Virus record (IMG/VR): IMGVR_UViG_3300013103_000001 | Span: 5,424 to 69,423 of that record | Length of the DNA stretch: 64,000 nucleotides | Reading direction: 5' to 3' (one strand) | Source: a virus | In this document: one piece after another, positions 17,510 to 27,457 of the stretch | How the letters are laid out: the number at the start of each line of letters is the position of its first letter | Numbering within the stretch: position 1 is the stretch's first letter | The notes under the pieces: generated by a model | What the model saw: only the letters and a program-made list of their open reading frames with translations | Told to the model about the DNA's origin: nothing | Databases searched by the model: none | Program-made: the position numbers and the translations under genes

Positions 17510-18989
17510 CGAGGCACGCTACTTCTTCTTTAGGGAGGTTTTTCAATTTTGGGACTCTCCCTAACAGTTCTGAGAGCGCTTTGAAATTTCTTGGGTGTAA
17601 AGGGAAGGACTTATCGTCGTCTAGTGACTTTTCTAAACCATAACTTTCGAGCTGCGACTGGAGTATAGGGTCGTTTACGAAGATAGCGTTGTTCTCTGGG
17701 CGGTAGTTTAATTTTTCTTCGATTTGAGCATAGTTTAAATCAGGAGGGCCGAGCCTCGCGTTCGCGTCAGCTATTATTGCACCAGGTGACTGGGTAACTT
17801 GTCCTATTAACTTTAGTTTTTTGAAGAGCTTTTTGTGGTCCATTCCAATTATTGGAGTGACGTAGCCTAGAGTTTTGAAGAGCCTCAAGAGGATATGTAG
17901 GTAATTAGTATTACCGACAACGGTGTACGGGACTTCAGGCTTAAGTATTATCGGGACTTCTTTCAAGTCAATAGAACAGTCTTTGAGTAAAATAAGGTTA
18001 ACTGTAGTAGCTACTTTGTCTTCTTTTCCTCCAAAACTAGCTGCGACTAGCTTTATGGGAGGGTCGGGGTTGTAAGGAATTTTCGTCCAAGCTGCTGCTT
18101 TTTTGATTACTTCTTCTTTGTCGACTTTCTCCATCACGTCCCGATTTGAGTCGCAGAAAAGCGTGAAACGAGCAGTCTTTTTCTCTGGTCGGAACCCAGA
18201 CTCTTTACAGAACGGGGCGAAGACTTCAGGTCGGTGGAAGTTAGGGACGAATAGACTGTCTTTGGAGTTGAGAGTGAAACACACGTCTTTGTATTGGTAG
18301 AACCTCTCGAGGAAGTCTACGAACTCTTCTTTCTTAGTCTTTTTGAACTTTATTGCTGCTGCGTTGAGTGCTGGGATGTACACTGTGACCTTTTCTATGT
18401 CATTTCCTAGAGCGTAGTCAGACTCAATTAAGCTTTCGAACGTCTTCAACCTCTCGTGGAGAGGAGCGGTGAACTGAAAAAAACAAGGAAAGTACGCCAC
18501 AGAGCTGGGTACGTAGCGTAGAGCGTTTAAAATAGCGGCGAGAGTATCAGGAGATGCAGGGATGTCAAAAATTGACTTTATTTTTTTCCCTAGGTACGAA
18601 GATATCCGGTAGGTCAGGTACCTTACTTTTTCTTCGGGGAGAGGAGGGTCGCCTTCTATAGGCTCGACGATGAAGTCTTCGCCGTTATACTCTATGGTAA
18701 TGCGAGACAAGTAGTCGTCGCCGTCTTCGAAGAGCCTGCTTAAAGACTCTCCGACTGCTACGTTGAGTTTTTTTTCCATCATATATTTATTAGCAGGTTT
18801 TTCTAATTTGAGGTATACTTCTCTTTTTTTGAAGTCTAATACTTCTTCGAAAGGAGGGAACCCTACTCTCGCGAGGTCTTCTCTCGTGAGAGAAGAGACT
18901 GCTCCCACTATATTTTTGTCGTGTATTTCAGTTGGCTTTTTAGTCTGTTTTTTTGAGCTTTTTATCTTTTTGGAGGAAGGTTTTGACAT
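17490..18989 (-). CDS. ~500-aa paralog A with MSKP leader
   Basis: MSKPSSKKIKSSKK; C-terminal LGRVPKLKNLPKEEVACL shared with the next two genes. Confidence 0.8.
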   Translation of the reverse strand: MSKPSSKKIKSSKKQTKKPTEIHDKNIVGAVSSLTREDLARVGFPPFEEVLDFKKREVYLKLEKPANKYMMEKKLNVAVGESLSRLFEDGDDYLSRITIEYNGEDFIVEPIEGDPPLPEEKVRYLTYRISSYLGKKIKSIFDIPASPDTLAAILNALRYVPSSVAYFPCFFQFTAPLHERLKTFESLIESDYALGNDIEKVTVYIPALNAAAIKFKKTKKEEFVDFLERFYQYKDVCFTLNSKDSLFVPNFHRPEVFAPFCKESGFRPEKKTARFTLFCDSNRDVMEKVDKEEVIKKAAAWTKIPYNPDPPIKLVAASFGGKEDKVATTVNLILLKDCSIDLKEVPIILKPEVPYTVVGNTNYLHILLRLFKTLGYVTPIIGMDHKKLFKKLKLIGQVTQSPGAIIADANARLGPPDLNYAQIEEKLNYRPENNAIFVNDPILQSQLESYGLEKSLDDDKSFPLHPRNFKALSELLGRVPKLKNLPKEEVACLVIDSEV

Positions 18990-18995
18990 TTTTAA

Positions 18996-20501
18996 TCACC
19001 AATATCCCATTGTGAGGCACGCTATCTCCTCTTTTGAGAGCCCTTCGACTTCAGGGACTGTTTGGAGCACTTCACACAGCTTATTAAAGTCTGATGGGTT
19101 CGCCCACAAATTTCTCTTAGAGCTGATATAGCCTCTTGCTATCAATTCGTTTTTAACTTTATCTTCAATAATTATTTTGCCGTTGCTATATTTGACTTTG
19201 GAGCCGCGGTATTCCTCGTCTGGGAGGCCGAACGACTGCTTAGTCCTCTCGATGACGTCAGTAGGGTCTTCGACTATGTCGACTAGGTTCGAGAGTATGC
19301 TGTGCATCCTGCGATAAGGGACTCCTGTGATTGCTTTCGGGAACCCCAAGACTTTAAAAGTCTTGTAGAGGACTAATAAGTTAGACATACCGCTGACTTC
19401 GAGGAGCTTCCCGTTTTTTTGCGAACAAGAGACTCCTTCTTTCCGGAGGAGCGTCTCGACCTCTTCTTTGTCGCGCTGGTCTATGTCGTCGAGGTAGACG
19501 AAAAAGTGGTCGTTCACGTTGCTATTTAAGAGGTGGATGTCTGTCTTCCAATATGAAAAATCCGCGACAGGTTCGCGAAAGTTAACAGCGAAATTCGCTA
19601 GAGCTGAAGTTATATTTCGTATCTTTTTAGCCCTGAGCGTTTTTCGTTCTTCTCTAGCGAGGTCCTGTAGTCTAGACTCCCCCATAGAGATGAGAGGAGT
19701 CAACTCGTTTACAGGGACAAAACCTGCTGCAGCACAGAACGTGAGGAACACTTTAGGGTCTTGGACATCAGGGACAATCACGTGAGAGTCTGTCACAAAG
19801 AGCTCTACGTCGCTCCCAAATGAGAGCTCTTCGAGCATGTTAGAGAGCTCCCCACCTATTGGCTCTTTGGACTTTAGTATTAAAGCTAGCCTACCATCTC
19901 GACTGACTGTGGAGTGTACGTAGTCGAAGAGGTGTTTAGACCCTCTCGAGAATTTGTGTTCTTTGACGAACTCGCGCGCTTTTTCGACGAACTCTTTAGT
20001 CTCTTTCTCGATGTCCAAGAGGTCTCTAATCAAGCTGGGGTCCACGCCATTTGGTACGCAGTCTAGACCATACATAATAGCAGGGAGAGCACGTCGGCTA
20101 TAAGGGATTTCGTCTAAGTCAACTTTTTTAGTATTTAGAGCTGTAGCGATCTTTCTCTCTACTGTGAGTCTTTTAGGGTCTATCATCTTCGCACTTACTT
20201 TGAAAGCGTCTTTCTCTTTGTCGTAAGTTATAGACGCTTTTTTTTCTAAATAGAAATAGTCAGTAAAAAACTTTTGGTTGAGGTCTCTTACGATGTTCTC
20301 TAAAATAGTTTTTTTAACCAAGTCTTTAGAGTTAAGAAAGGACTTTAGAAAAATTTTCTTCTCTTTGAGGTCTATTCCTAAAGAGCCCACAAAGGGAGAG
20401 AGGCCTAAGTACGAGACTGCGTCTATGATATCTCTATCTCTCACAATTATAGGTTTTTTATTCTCTTTTTTAGGCGGTTTATAACTCTTCGGTCTAGACA
20501 T
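18996..20501 (-). CDS. ~500-aa paralog B with MSRP leader
   Basis: True start MSRPKSYKPPKK at 20501 (GTGA RBS); C-terminal VPEVEGLSKEEIACL. Confidence 0.8.
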   Translation of the reverse strand: MSRPKSYKPPKKENKKPIIVRDRDIIDAVSYLGLSPFVGSLGIDLKEKKIFLKSFLNSKDLVKKTILENIVRDLNQKFFTDYFYLEKKASITYDKEKDAFKVSAKMIDPKRLTVERKIATALNTKKVDLDEIPYSRRALPAIMYGLDCVPNGVDPSLIRDLLDIEKETKEFVEKAREFVKEHKFSRGSKHLFDYVHSTVSRDGRLALILKSKEPIGGELSNMLEELSFGSDVELFVTDSHVIVPDVQDPKVFLTFCAAAGFVPVNELTPLISMGESRLQDLAREERKTLRAKKIRNITSALANFAVNFREPVADFSYWKTDIHLLNSNVNDHFFVYLDDIDQRDKEEVETLLRKEGVSCSQKNGKLLEVSGMSNLLVLYKTFKVLGFPKAITGVPYRRMHSILSNLVDIVEDPTDVIERTKQSFGLPDEEYRGSKVKYSNGKIIIEDKVKNELIARGYISSKRNLWANPSDFNKLCEVLQTVPEVEGLSKEEIACLTMGYW

Positions 20502-20506
20502 TTCAA

Positions 20507-22006
20507 TCACTTTTGTTTTATTTCGAGTAAAAGGCAAGCGAGTTCTTCTTTTGGGAGGCCATTGACCTCAGGGACTCTCCCGAGGACCTCGCACATAGCT
20601 CTAAGGTTTTCAGGAGTCAAGTCCTCGACCATAGTAGCAGAAGGGTTCGCTGCTCCGAGGATTTTGTCCAGCCCTCTCACGATTATTTTGTCGCTCTTAG
20701 AGTCGTACTCTGCAATGACTCCTTTGTACTTCGGGTTAGGAGGGCCAAAAGAGTTAGACACTCTATCTATCACTCCGTCTGGGTCCGCTACCGCGTTTAA
20801 AATCGAGGAAACAAGTCCTAAAGTCTTTGAGTAAGGGACCCCGATTATAGGCTTGACTATCCCGAGTGCTTTGTAAACTTTGTAGAGCGTAGAAGGGCTG
20901 TCGAGGTCTCTAACCTCGAGGAAGTTGTAGGACCAGTCTGTGTGTTGAATAGTACCAAAGTTGTCGACTGCTGTTTTTATCTTGTCTTTTACAGATGGAG
21001 GTTCGGTATCTGCTATGTATATTATGAAAGAATCTTTATTAGTACGTATAAAAGCTATGCCATCTTCATACGGAGCGAGCTCAGGGCTCCCAATTTTTTG
21101 TCTTATTTTTTCGAGTTTAGAGTAAAGTTCCTTTTTTCTTTCCTTCAATTTTTTTATGTCTGGAGTCTTGAACTCTTCGAACGCAAAGCTCGGCAAGAAC
21201 CTATTATTTGGGATAAAACCGAAAACTGCGCAGAACGCGACGAAAGTGTCTATCTCGTCTGCACTATAAAAAGAGATGCTTCGGCCTGGAGGGTAAAAGT
21301 ACCAGTCGTTGCCGTAGCCCATAAGGGAGAGATTTGTGAGAGAAGAGAGGACACTCCTGTTAGTTTTTTTCAACTTGAAGTCCATTGTCTTTTTCAAGAA
21401 ATAATACTGGTCGAAAGAAAAATTTTCTACGAAGCTTCGCTTGTCTCCAGAAAGTCTCGCGTTTTCGATAAACTGTTCGACTCTCGATTTGAAAGTTTTT
21501 GTCTTTTTCGCGACGGCTATGAGGTATTTAGAGAGGTCTGGGTCGAACGCTTTAGGGACGCAGTCCATCGCAGTAAAGACAGCAGCGAGGAGCCTCGGAG
21601 ACGGCTTAGTCCTGATCACAGAGGCTTTTGTCTTGTGGAGAGCTGACCGGATCTCTCTCGACATCCTTTGTTCGTCGTGTAGCGTCAAGTTAGGTATAGC
21701 TAAGGAGACTGTGTCAGACTTTTTGTCGTAGGTGAGCGTCGCGCGGTCTTTGAAGTCGAAAGTGTCTTTGAACACCTCTTCGTTGAGTTTGTCTGCGATG
21801 TTTCTCGTCAGGATTTCTTTTAGAGCAGCTTTGTTAGGCACTTTCGATTTGAGGAAAAATTTTTTGCTCTTGAGGTCGATTACAGGTGAAACTACAGGAG
21901 ACGTGAAGTCGAGAGCTTCGAAAGCGTCTATAATCTCTTTGTCGTCTATCAAGACTTCTCTCTCAGTTTTCTCTCTTTTTTTCGACTTGCGGCTCGGCTT
22001 CGACAT
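20507..22006 (-). CDS. ~500-aa paralog C with MSKP leader
   Basis: Start MSKPSRKSKKREK at 22006; C-terminal LGRVPEVNGLPKEELACL. Confidence 0.8.
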   Translation of the reverse strand: MSKPSRKSKKREKTEREVLIDDKEIIDAFEALDFTSPVVSPVIDLKSKKFFLKSKVPNKAALKEILTRNIADKLNEEVFKDTFDFKDRATLTYDKKSDTVSLAIPNLTLHDEQRMSREIRSALHKTKASVIRTKPSPRLLAAVFTAMDCVPKAFDPDLSKYLIAVAKKTKTFKSRVEQFIENARLSGDKRSFVENFSFDQYYFLKKTMDFKLKKTNRSVLSSLTNLSLMGYGNDWYFYPPGRSISFYSADEIDTFVAFCAVFGFIPNNRFLPSFAFEEFKTPDIKKLKERKKELYSKLEKIRQKIGSPELAPYEDGIAFIRTNKDSFIIYIADTEPPSVKDKIKTAVDNFGTIQHTDWSYNFLEVRDLDSPSTLYKVYKALGIVKPIIGVPYSKTLGLVSSILNAVADPDGVIDRVSNSFGPPNPKYKGVIAEYDSKSDKIIVRGLDKILGAANPSATMVEDLTPENLRAMCEVLGRVPEVNGLPKEELACLLLEIKQK

Positions 22007-22014
22007 TTTTAAAC

Positions 22015-22677
22015 TCACTTTTTGTAGTACGTGTTTATAGTCTTCTTTACTTTAGACTCTAAATAGCTCGTGTCTACTTTTTCAATTTTTGGGAAAAAAC
22101 CTAGACCTTTACATAATTTGTTAAGGGCGCTCGGCTTGAAAATGTTTTCAATCCTCCACCTCCTGAGGTCTCGGTCATATGTCCCGTTAGTTGGGCTGTA
22201 CCTAAACTCTCCAAAGAAGTTAAATAAGTCCCAATTATAGTCTGGGAGTAGCTTGCTTACGTAGAGGACGTCTATCTCTTTGCCTGCAGGCGTCTTAGTT
22301 TTTTCGTACCAGAACCTCAACTTTCGCCTCCACTCGTCCGAGTAAGGTCTTTTCTTTATTAATTTCCTAAATTCAGAAATGACTGGGCTCTGGTAGAAGC
22401 GGTCGTCAATAACATCCTGTACAGAGCTCCCTTCGAGGATAGCTTTAGCTACTTCTGGGAGGATAGCAGAGACAGAAGGGTCTCCTTCAAATTGTATCTT
22501 AGTATGCATTTGTTTTTTCTCTAAGTCTACGTGATAGTCTATCTCAGTCACATCGATGGAGAGTGCTCGTTCTATCAGTCTTTTAAATCCTTTTGGGACG
22601 TAGAACGGGACTGACTCTGAGACGAGAGCTTTCTTTTTCTTTCCTTTCCGGACTGACTTAGTTGGTTTAGACATCAT
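22015..22677 (-). CDS. ~220-aa paralog D with MSKP leader
   Basis: MSKPTKSVRKGKKKK; YDRDLRRWRIENIFKPSALNKLCKGLGFFPKI. Confidence 0.8.
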   Translation of the reverse strand: MMSKPTKSVRKGKKKKALVSESVPFYVPKGFKRLIERALSIDVTEIDYHVDLEKKQMHTKIQFEGDPSVSAILPEVAKAILEGSSVQDVIDDRFYQSPVISEFRKLIKKRPYSDEWRRKLRFWYEKTKTPAGKEIDVLYVSKLLPDYNWDLFNFFGEFRYSPTNGTYDRDLRRWRIENIFKPSALNKLCKGLGFFPKIEKVDTSYLESKVKKTINTYYKK

Positions 22678-23354
22678 TAAACTTTTTTCTCTTTATAATA
22701 TGTACTTAAGACTCTTTTTACTTTGCGTTCTAAATAGGAGGGGCTTATACCTTCGATTTTAGGGAGGAACCCGAGGCCTACACATAGCCTGTTAAATACA
22801 CTAGGTAAGAAGGGGTTTTCTAGAGTCCAACTTGTAGTGTTTTCGTCATATGTAGCCTGAGTTTTTTTCCAACCTACAAACCGGGACATAAAAGCTTTAA
22901 AGGGTTCTAAAAAATCCCATTTTTTAGGCGCAGTTACAATAAGGGTGTCTCTAAAGCCTCCATTCATTTTGACAGGCTTGTATTTAAACCTCACGCGGCG
23001 CTCTGCTATGTCAGTTATATAATTTCTCTTTAACAACTTTCGGTATTCAGCGAGAATAGGGCTAGACTCTTGAGAGTAATAACTGCTCATAACGTGGCCA
23101 ACAGGACGCCCGTCAATGATGAGCTTGATCGCTCTGGGGAGGAAACTCAAGACCCCAGGGTCTCCTTCGAACTCTACATCAGTATATATCCTCTTGTCTT
23201 CTAAGTCTATGTGCTGGTCCATTTTCTTTATTTTAATGCCGAACTCCTTTTCTAGCGTCTCTTTGAGTTCTTCTGGGATATAGTAGCCTATAGCTCCAGA
23301 GAGGACGCTCGTTTCTTTCTTTTCCTTCTTAATTTTTTTCGACGGTTTAGACAT
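22677..23354 (-). CDS. ~225-aa paralog E with MSKP leader
   Basis: MSKPSKKIKKEKK; YDENTTSWTLENPFLPSVFNRLCVGLGFLPKI. Confidence 0.8.
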   Translation of the reverse strand: MSKPSKKIKKEKKETSVLSGAIGYYIPEELKETLEKEFGIKIKKMDQHIDLEDKRIYTDVEFEGDPGVLSFLPRAIKLIIDGRPVGHVMSSYYSQESSPILAEYRKLLKRNYITDIAERRVRFKYKPVKMNGGFRDTLIVTAPKKWDFLEPFKAFMSRFVGWKKTQATYDENTTSWTLENPFLPSVFNRLCVGLGFLPKIEGISPSYLERKVKRVLSTYYKEKKV

Positions 23355-23360
23355 ATTTAT

Positions 23361-23960
23361 TTACTCCAAAATTTTTTCTATAATACTTTCGAGGGCTTCT
23401 TCAGATAGCCCATCGATTTTCGGGATAAACCCAAGACCTTTACATAATTTATCAAAAATATCTGGTTTGCGGAAGTTGTCTATTTTCCACGTTTTATCAC
23501 TAGGGTCCCACCTTCTTTTAGTCTCCTTCCAAGGGAGGGACTTTATAAAGATATTAAACTCAGGGTCGTACCTGCTCGGGAGAGTACCTCCTATAGCGAG
23601 GACGTCCGCGTACTTGTTAGGAGCTACTTCGACTCTTAGAGACTTGAAAAATAACCTCCGCTCCCAATCGTCTGACGAGTCGTTCTTTTCTAAAGACACT
23701 GAGTATTCTTTAATAGGAGAAGTGGAAGCAATTGCTTCGATCGAGTTTACAAGAGTGTTCGAGACTGGGACGTCGCCTCTAAACTCGATAGTAGTATACA
23801 TTTTTCTTTCAGCTAAGTTTATACACTCGTATATTTTCAATATTTTAATGCCTAGAATTCTCTCTATTCTTTTTTTAGCTTTGTCTGAGATAGAGAGAGG
23901 GACGTTAACAGAGCTCGTATCTTTTCCTTTTTCTTTAACTTTTCGCGACGGCTTAGACAT
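23361..23960 (-). CDS. ~200-aa paralog F with MSKP leader
   Basis: MSKPSRKVKEKGK; WDPSDKTWKIDNFRKPDIFDKLCKGLGFIPKI. Confidence 0.8.
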   Translation of the reverse strand: MSKPSRKVKEKGKDTSSVNVPLSISDKAKKRIERILGIKILKIYECINLAERKMYTTIEFRGDVPVSNTLVNSIEAIASTSPIKEYSVSLEKNDSSDDWERRLFFKSLRVEVAPNKYADVLAIGGTLPSRYDPEFNIFIKSLPWKETKRRWDPSDKTWKIDNFRKPDIFDKLCKGLGFIPKIDGLSEEALESIIEKILE

Positions 23961-24228
23961 ACCCTACCACCAGCACGTAAATTATATATAGTAGAAACGA
24001 GAGGAAGAGGACGATAGACGCTACTAGAAACTTCCTCGAGTTTAACCTAACTGAGACTACACAAAAGAACAAAAATAAAACTAATAGAAAGACTAGGACT
24101 AAAAGTGTAAGAAAGGGGTCATTGTAGTAGCTATCTATGATGTTAAATATAGAGAATATCTGAAAATAATCTAGAACTATTTCCAAACTTGCAAAAATAA
24201 AAAAGAGCAAAAAGATTATAGCTATCAT
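23953..24228 (-). CDS. Small 3-TM membrane protein
   Basis: Three hydrophobic segments; coupled on both sides. Confidence 0.7.
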   Translation of the reverse strand: MIAIIFLLFFIFASLEIVLDYFQIFSIFNIIDSYYNDPFLTLLVLVFLLVLFLFFCVVSVRLNSRKFLVASIVLFLSFLLYIIYVLVVGYV

Positions 24229-24605
24229 TTTTTATTCCCTCCTTTAATAGTCAAAATGACTCGGGACATAGATACCCATTTTTTTCCTCTGTCAGTGAGT
24301 TCGTACCTAGTGTGTTTGTTTTCTCGCTTTCTCGTCACGAGCCCTTTGTCTGCGAGGCGAGCGAGGAGGTTATAGACTTGGTTCATGCTCTTGAAGTGCT
24401 CTCCCAAAGACTTAGCTACTCCTTTCGCTCTCGCTGGTTTTTTACTTAAGAACTTCAAAATTATCCCTCTTACGGAAGATGGGTCTATCCCAAAGAGAGA
24501 CTTTTCTAGATATCTTTTTTCTGCTTTTTTGACTTCTTCCTCAGTGAAAATATATTTTTTAATTTCTACATAATCTCGTTTCTTTTTTCTAGACGGCTGA
24601 CTCAT
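24225..24605 (-). CDS. Winged-helix (MarR/PadR-like) DNA-binding protein with MSQP leader
   Basis: Start MSQPSRKKKR at 24605 (GGTGGTG RBS); QVYNLLARLADKGLV...YELTDRGK. Confidence 0.8.
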   Translation of the reverse strand: MSQPSRKKKRDYVEIKKYIFTEEEVKKAEKRYLEKSLFGIDPSSVRGIILKFLSKKPARAKGVAKSLGEHFKSMNQVYNLLARLADKGLVTRKRENKHTRYELTDRGKKWVSMSRVILTIKGGNKK

Positions 24606-26551
24606 CACACCACCCCTACAGAAATTGACGAAATGATAATAATAATAGAGTTCCAAGTCCCGTGAGTGAGGATAGCAGAATAAAACCCATATTTGAATGA
24701 GATTAAAGTGAGGATTATCCCGGAGATGACAAACACCAGAAAAGGGCCTTCTGCTACCCAGAGGACTAAGTCTGGTGGAGGGTTGAGCTGGCCAAACTCG
24801 TTAAACCCTCCAGACCTAAACCAATGATAAAAAGCAAAGAGCAAATTCGGGACTAAAAGGACTACAATAATGAAATAAGGAGCGTTTTTCCACTCCGAAA
24901 GGACCATTCTACCCCAGCTCACCCTAGAGTACTTGCCGAGGTAGTCTTCTAGAGTCGCGAACTCTTCTTCAAGTCCTTTAATTTTTTCTTCGAGGTAAAC
25001 TTTTTTTGCGCTAAGTTTCTTAAGTCTCTTGATCTCTTCTACGTCTGCTTCAACTTCAGGGAGAATTGCAGCGATCTCAAGGACTTCTTTTGTAAGCTTC
25101 TTTTTTTCTTCTAAAACAGATTGAACAGATCTTTTGAGACGAATTTCGTATTTAATTTCGCGCATCTTTTCTCGGACTTTCGAGTCTATATATCTTTTAT
25201 CTTTTGTCCTAGTCTTTCGGTAGAGGTAGACGATAGCAACAGACGGTATCGCTATGTGGAAAAGTATACTCTCTGTCGTCGCTACAAAAAGGAAATTGTC
25301 TCCTATCGAAAACAAAGTGTTAGGGATCGAACTCGAAAGGTCGAGAGCAAAGCTCAAGACGTTGTAGTTATAAGCAAACGCTGTAATAGCTTGTTGCGAT
25401 AAAAAGAGTGCTGCGATCCCTATCAAGACTCCATAGACGTTTGAGAAGAAAGTACCCTTATAGACTGGGAGGGACCCTAAGAGGATGGGCAAGCTAGCTC
25501 CTAAAATAATTACAAGGTATAGAGCTAGGACTCCTGGGTCGTTAAACCCGAGACTTTCAGTTGATATGAGGAACCGAGCGAACGCCCAAAGTAAAATTAA
25601 GATTATGAGCGTGAAAAAACCCCAGTTGAACTTTTTCTCTACGAAGTTTACGCTCTCAACTCTCTTTTTCCTATCTGCCATCAGGACATAGAAGTTTGAG
25701 TAACGGCTTATATACCCTATTACAATTACTAAAACTGACATTGAAAACGGTAAGACTGCGTACGCATAGTTAGTAAGAGTAGAGACCAGCCCGTTTTCTC
25801 CTGTCATAGAAAGAGCAGAAAGCTGAATTCTGAGGCCTGGGAACAAAAAATATACGAACGCTATTACAGCTATAACGATTACTACTTTAAGTAAAAGCCC
25901 AGGCACTTTATCTGGGTGAGAATACATCGAATAAGCCACAAGAGCGACTAAAACTAGAGGGAGAGCGACTGTCACGAAAGCTGTTAACGCGTCAATAAAG
26001 TTTTTGAGCGCTATTGCAAAGTCATGGAGGGACGAAGCAGTCGCCATTTGGTTGCTAGCGCCAATGAGGCCGTCAAAACTCGGGACTTCAGGCACTGTCA
26101 CGTCGAACAATTGAGGCATAGACGACGGAGACACTGCGGAGAGAGTCTTGCCTATGAAACTTGGAGCTATTAAGAAGACGAGCATGCCTCCAATAAATAA
26201 ATTGAAGTTAAAGAGCTGGTCTTCTCTCGTGAGGACTATACATAATATAACGAGAGGGACCACATAAGAGATAACTGCTAACCAAGTCGATTGAAAGAAC
26301 CAAAAGACTGTCGCAAAGACTGAGCCGACTACGATTAAAAGAATAGACTTCGAGTTCCACTCCTTCTTCTCCTCTATTAGTTCAGGCTTAGGCTTTTTCA
26401 GTTTTTTCTTTTTGTTTATACGGATGACTACGAGGTTTGCTGCTATGAGACCGACTGCTAGTATAACGTTAACCCACCACAAAAGCGGGAAGAACGCTTC
26501 AATTATAAAAAATACCACGAAGTAAACAATAACGGAGACAAACGTTCTCAT
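24605..26551 (-). CDS. Polytopic membrane protein with CPBP (Abi/Rce1-like) intramembrane protease domain
   Basis: More than 12 TM segments; motifs TESILFH, LFAFYH, ILTHGTWN; about 100-aa coiled coil between motifs 1 and 2. Confidence 0.7.
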   Translation of the reverse strand: MRTFVSVIVYFVVFFIIEAFFPLLWWVNVILAVGLIAANLVVIRINKKKKLKKPKPELIEEKKEWNSKSILLIVVGSVFATVFWFFQSTWLAVISYVVPLVILCIVLTREDQLFNFNLFIGGMLVFLIAPSFIGKTLSAVSPSSMPQLFDVTVPEVPSFDGLIGASNQMATASSLHDFAIALKNFIDALTAFVTVALPLVLVALVAYSMYSHPDKVPGLLLKVVIVIAVIAFVYFLFPGLRIQLSALSMTGENGLVSTLTNYAYAVLPFSMSVLVIVIGYISRYSNFYVLMADRKKRVESVNFVEKKFNWGFFTLIILILLWAFARFLISTESLGFNDPGVLALYLVIILGASLPILLGSLPVYKGTFFSNVYGVLIGIAALFLSQQAITAFAYNYNVLSFALDLSSSIPNTLFSIGDNFLFVATTESILFHIAIPSVAIVYLYRKTRTKDKRYIDSKVREKMREIKYEIRLKRSVQSVLEEKKKLTKEVLEIAAILPEVEADVEEIKRLKKLSAKKVYLEEKIKGLEEEFATLEDYLGKYSRVSWGRMVLSEWKNAPYFIIVVLLVPNLLFAFYHWFRSGGFNEFGQLNPPPDLVLWVAEGPFLVFVISGIILTLISFKYGFYSAILTHGTWNSIIIIISSISVGVV

Positions 26552-26580
26552 AGACTTTCCTCTTTAGAAAAAAAATAATG

Positions 26581-27147
26581 TTAAAACAGCGGAACTCCAA
26601 TAGAGGTGAACAGGAAGACAAAGAGAAACAATACTCCACCAGCAACTACAGTTTCAATTATTGCGGTAATTAAGTCATCAGTAGTGTCACTATAATATAT
26701 TGATATAACACCCCAAAGCAAAAGAATTCCAGGAATTGCTGAAATAATTACTTGAATTATTAACGATACATCTGCCATTGTCGTAGAAACTTGAGAAAGT
26801 CCCCATAAAGGTGGGAACGGGTAATCCGAAACGCCATAAGAAGTCAAGCCCATCATATCGAGGCCAGCGAAAACACTCGACATGACGATTACTGGGATGA
26901 GCATAGCGACTACCCCGTAGAGCAGGTATTTTAAGGTCCGCGCCATGCCATTTCTCGTTAAAGCGAACGAAAAAGCGTACATAAAAATTATTACCAGCGC
27001 ATAAGCCATGCGAGACCCTTCATCGACGAGGAGGTAACTAAACCACCCAAAAGTAACTTGCCCGACAAAGCAGACGCTCGTAATTATTGTCAAAACAATC
27101 CCAAAGATTTGTTTTAAAGAAATTCCAAGCATTCTCATTTCTATCAC
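26581..27147 (-). CDS. Membrane protein (~5 TM)
   Basis: Highly hydrophobic; probable start ATG 27138. Confidence 0.75.
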   Translation of the reverse strand: MIEMRMLGISLKQIFGIVLTIITSVCFVGQVTFGWFSYLLVDEGSRMAYALVIIFMYAFSFALTRNGMARTLKYLLYGVVAMLIPVIVMSSVFAGLDMMGLTSYGVSDYPFPPLWGLSQVSTTMADVSLIIQVIISAIPGILLLWGVISIYYSDTTDDLITAIIETVVAGGVLFLFVFLFTSIGVPLF

Positions 27148-27184
27148 ATCATTTGTATATTCATATTTTTGTGAATTTAGTTAT

Positions 27185-27391
27185 TTAAATGTTTCTCCGC
27201 TCGTTTTCTGAGAACTCTTCAGAGACTTTCTTCTCGAGCTCTTCAATAGCAGGTTCGAGGATCGAATGAATTAACTCAGTCGTCGTCATCTTGTCACCTT
27301 TGATGCTATAATACGAGGCTATATACCTCAGCCTATTGAGGAGGTCTGACTTTATCCTAAACGTAGTCATGTCTTTCGTCATTTTATTCAC
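27185..27391 (-). CDS. Ribbon-helix-helix DNA-binding protein
   Basis: TTFRIKSDLLNRLRYIA...TTTELIHSILE; divergent from the GT gene across a TATA-rich spacer. Confidence 0.75.
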   Translation of the reverse strand: MNKMTKDMTTFRIKSDLLNRLRYIASYYSIKGDKMTTTELIHSILEPAIEELEKKVSEEFSENERRNI

Positions 27392-27457
27392 GAAGTATAT
27401 TTATATATAAAAATATAAAAATATTTAATATAAATTTTCCTAACAGAAGGTGTTTAA

